Assembly (NCBI GenBank): GCA_000992325.1
Contig: LBTZ01000022.1
Span: 1-51,066 of the forward strand
Length of the DNA stretch: 51,066 nt
Source of the DNA: Parcubacteria group bacterium GW2011_GWD2_38_11
Lineage (GTDB): Bacteria > Patescibacteriota > Minisyncoccia > Moranbacterales > GWC2-37-73
Direction: 5' to 3'
The position numbers and the translations under genes are program-made. The first letter of the stretch is position 1. Each line of letters begins with the position of its first letter. Below the pieces are notes generated by a model that ran no database searches, had not been told where the DNA came from, and saw only the letters and a program-made list of their open reading frames with translations. This document shows, one piece after another, positions 49,857 through 51,066 of the stretch.

Positions 49857-50780
49857 TTGGAGTGCCAGGATTTCCGCGTCGCTTGTTCGTCGACACTCAC
49901 AATCTCCTTGTACGCGGTGGCGGAAAATGCTCCTATGGTCGCATCTTCCGGCGTTCGCTGCGAAAAATTCCTGCTGAAATTTTTCTAGCTTACTGCCACC
50001 GGTTCGAATCCTAGCTCAATAAATAAAACAAAAACAAAGGACTCCATAAAAAGAGTACTTTGTTTTTGTTTTATCAGTTGGGGACGTGGGACGCTGTCGG
50101 AAACTATTTGATGTCTATGAAATAAATAAGGCTCCCTAGGAATGATCCATGGGAGCCAGTTTGCAAACTTTTCGGAAAGGGTTGTTTACGCGAAATGCAG
50201 TTTGCGTGCAAGCTCGCGACGGATGATTCCGATGGCCTCATGGAAAATATCCTTGAGGTGACGGCACGGTGAGGGTACCTGAGAGTCATCGTAGTTGATG
50301 ACCGGCCAGATTTTTCCGGCTCGAATCAGGTCGTGCAACTTTACTGCTTCATCAAGATCTGTGAATTTGATGACAAGGCAGTATTCATAGTTTTTGGCAT
50401 TTGGCATGAAATAAAAGTCTAAGACTCCCACGCTATTGCCAAGTCGGTATTCTCCTTTTGTTCGAGTAGCGCCGCGGTCGAAATAGGTGTATGAAGTGAA
50501 AAAATCAAAATTTCCTGCCTCAAGAATTTCTTTTCTGGCAAGAACGAGATCACTTCCAACACTTTTTCCATCCTTCTCATCTTTTTTGAATCCATGAATC
50601 GAAGCCATGATATTCTCCTTTCTTCTTTCCGTCCTGAATCTTTTCAGGATCGGTAGTGGGGAATGAACTTTCACTGGAACCATTCCAATGAATAGATAAT
50701 GGTAGCATAAAAAACAATACCTGTCAATATTGAAAGATTTAAACACAATAAAAGGCTTCATAAAAGCCTTTTTATATTTG
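49857..50780. mobile_element. small island bounded by the tRNA-Gln 3' end and its partial duplicate
   Basis: 49857-49872 TTGGAGTGCCAGGATT matches 50781-50796 at 15/16; no integrase present. Confidence 0.5.
50186..50608 (-). CDS. hypothetical protein (140 aa)
   Basis: SD AAAGGAG before ATG 50608; TTGACA-17-TACCAT promoter at 50727-50699. Confidence 0.7.
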   Translation of the reverse strand: MASIHGFKKDEKDGKSVGSDLVLARKEILEAGNFDFFTSYTYFDRGATRTKGEYRLGNSVGVLDFYFMPNAKNYEYCLVIKFTDLDEAVKLHDLIRAGKIWPVINYDDSQVPSPCRHLKDIFHEAIGIIRRELARKLHFA

Positions 50781-50852
50781 TTGGAGTGCTAGGATTCGAA
50801 CCTAGGGATGGCGGTACCAGAAACCGCTGCCTTACCGCTTGGCTACACTCCA
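50781..50852 (-). tRNA. tRNA-Gln(CTG)
   Basis: TGGAGTGTAGCCAAGCGGTAAGGCAGCGGTTTCTGGTACCGCC...GGTTCGAATCCTAGCACTCCAA. Confidence 0.94.
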
Positions 50853-51066
50853 GGATGATATATAACATATAACATATAACATATAACAAAAATACGAAAT
50901 ACGACACACGTCATACAAAAGCTAGTATAGCATTTTCAATCAAAAAATCAAGATGTGGGCAGCAATACCGTCTTCTATCCAATAGCTTGGAAACACTTAA
51001 CTAAGGAATTTGGGGTTTTAAAGTCTATGCCCATGTGCAGTCTTTCAGTATTGTAAAATTCAAGAT

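Noticed and set aside
49637-50014. 125-aa plus-strand ORF, or an intron-split tRNA
   Set aside because: Overlaps the CBS gene antisense and the structured element; no tRNA 5' half found on either strand.
1-51066. Alternative genetic code 25, prophage, transposase, retron or DGR
   Set aside because: TGA terminates many genes and RF2 is present; no RT, integrase, transposase or phage structural genes recognised.

Overview
AT-rich bacterial chromosome segment using code 11 (TGA stops, RF2 present). Gene content and style suggest Patescibacteria/CPR, possibly Moranbacteria-like (inference). Core genes: polyprenyl synthase-uppS, trxA/trxB, malic enzyme, pcm, mltG, mreBCD-mrdA, rnpB, folC, trmD, ftsW-murG-murC, RNase HI, a MacAB-like ABC exporter, porCDAB, frameshifted prfB, ftsEX, tRNA-Thr and tRNA-Gln. 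Accessory content includes secreted dockerin/cohesin/Cys-repeat proteins, tandem type IV pilins, a GGDEF diguanylate cyclase and several self-contained ORFan cassettes. The most unusual signals are non-coding. (1) A c-di-GMP-II-like riboswitch with a covaried pseudoknot precedes a cohesin surface protein. (2) Pervasive 7-10 nt periodic repeat elements fill most intergenic spacers and also sit inside rnpB and in frame inside folC, murC and porD. (3) dRS3/RPE-like palindromes occur, one translated inside FolC. (4) A multi-pseudoknot RNA precedes a CHC2 zinc finger-histidine phosphatase fusion. (5) An aromatic-rich leader-peptide attenuator precedes an ORFan. All calls are by eye; no database searches or folding programs were run.
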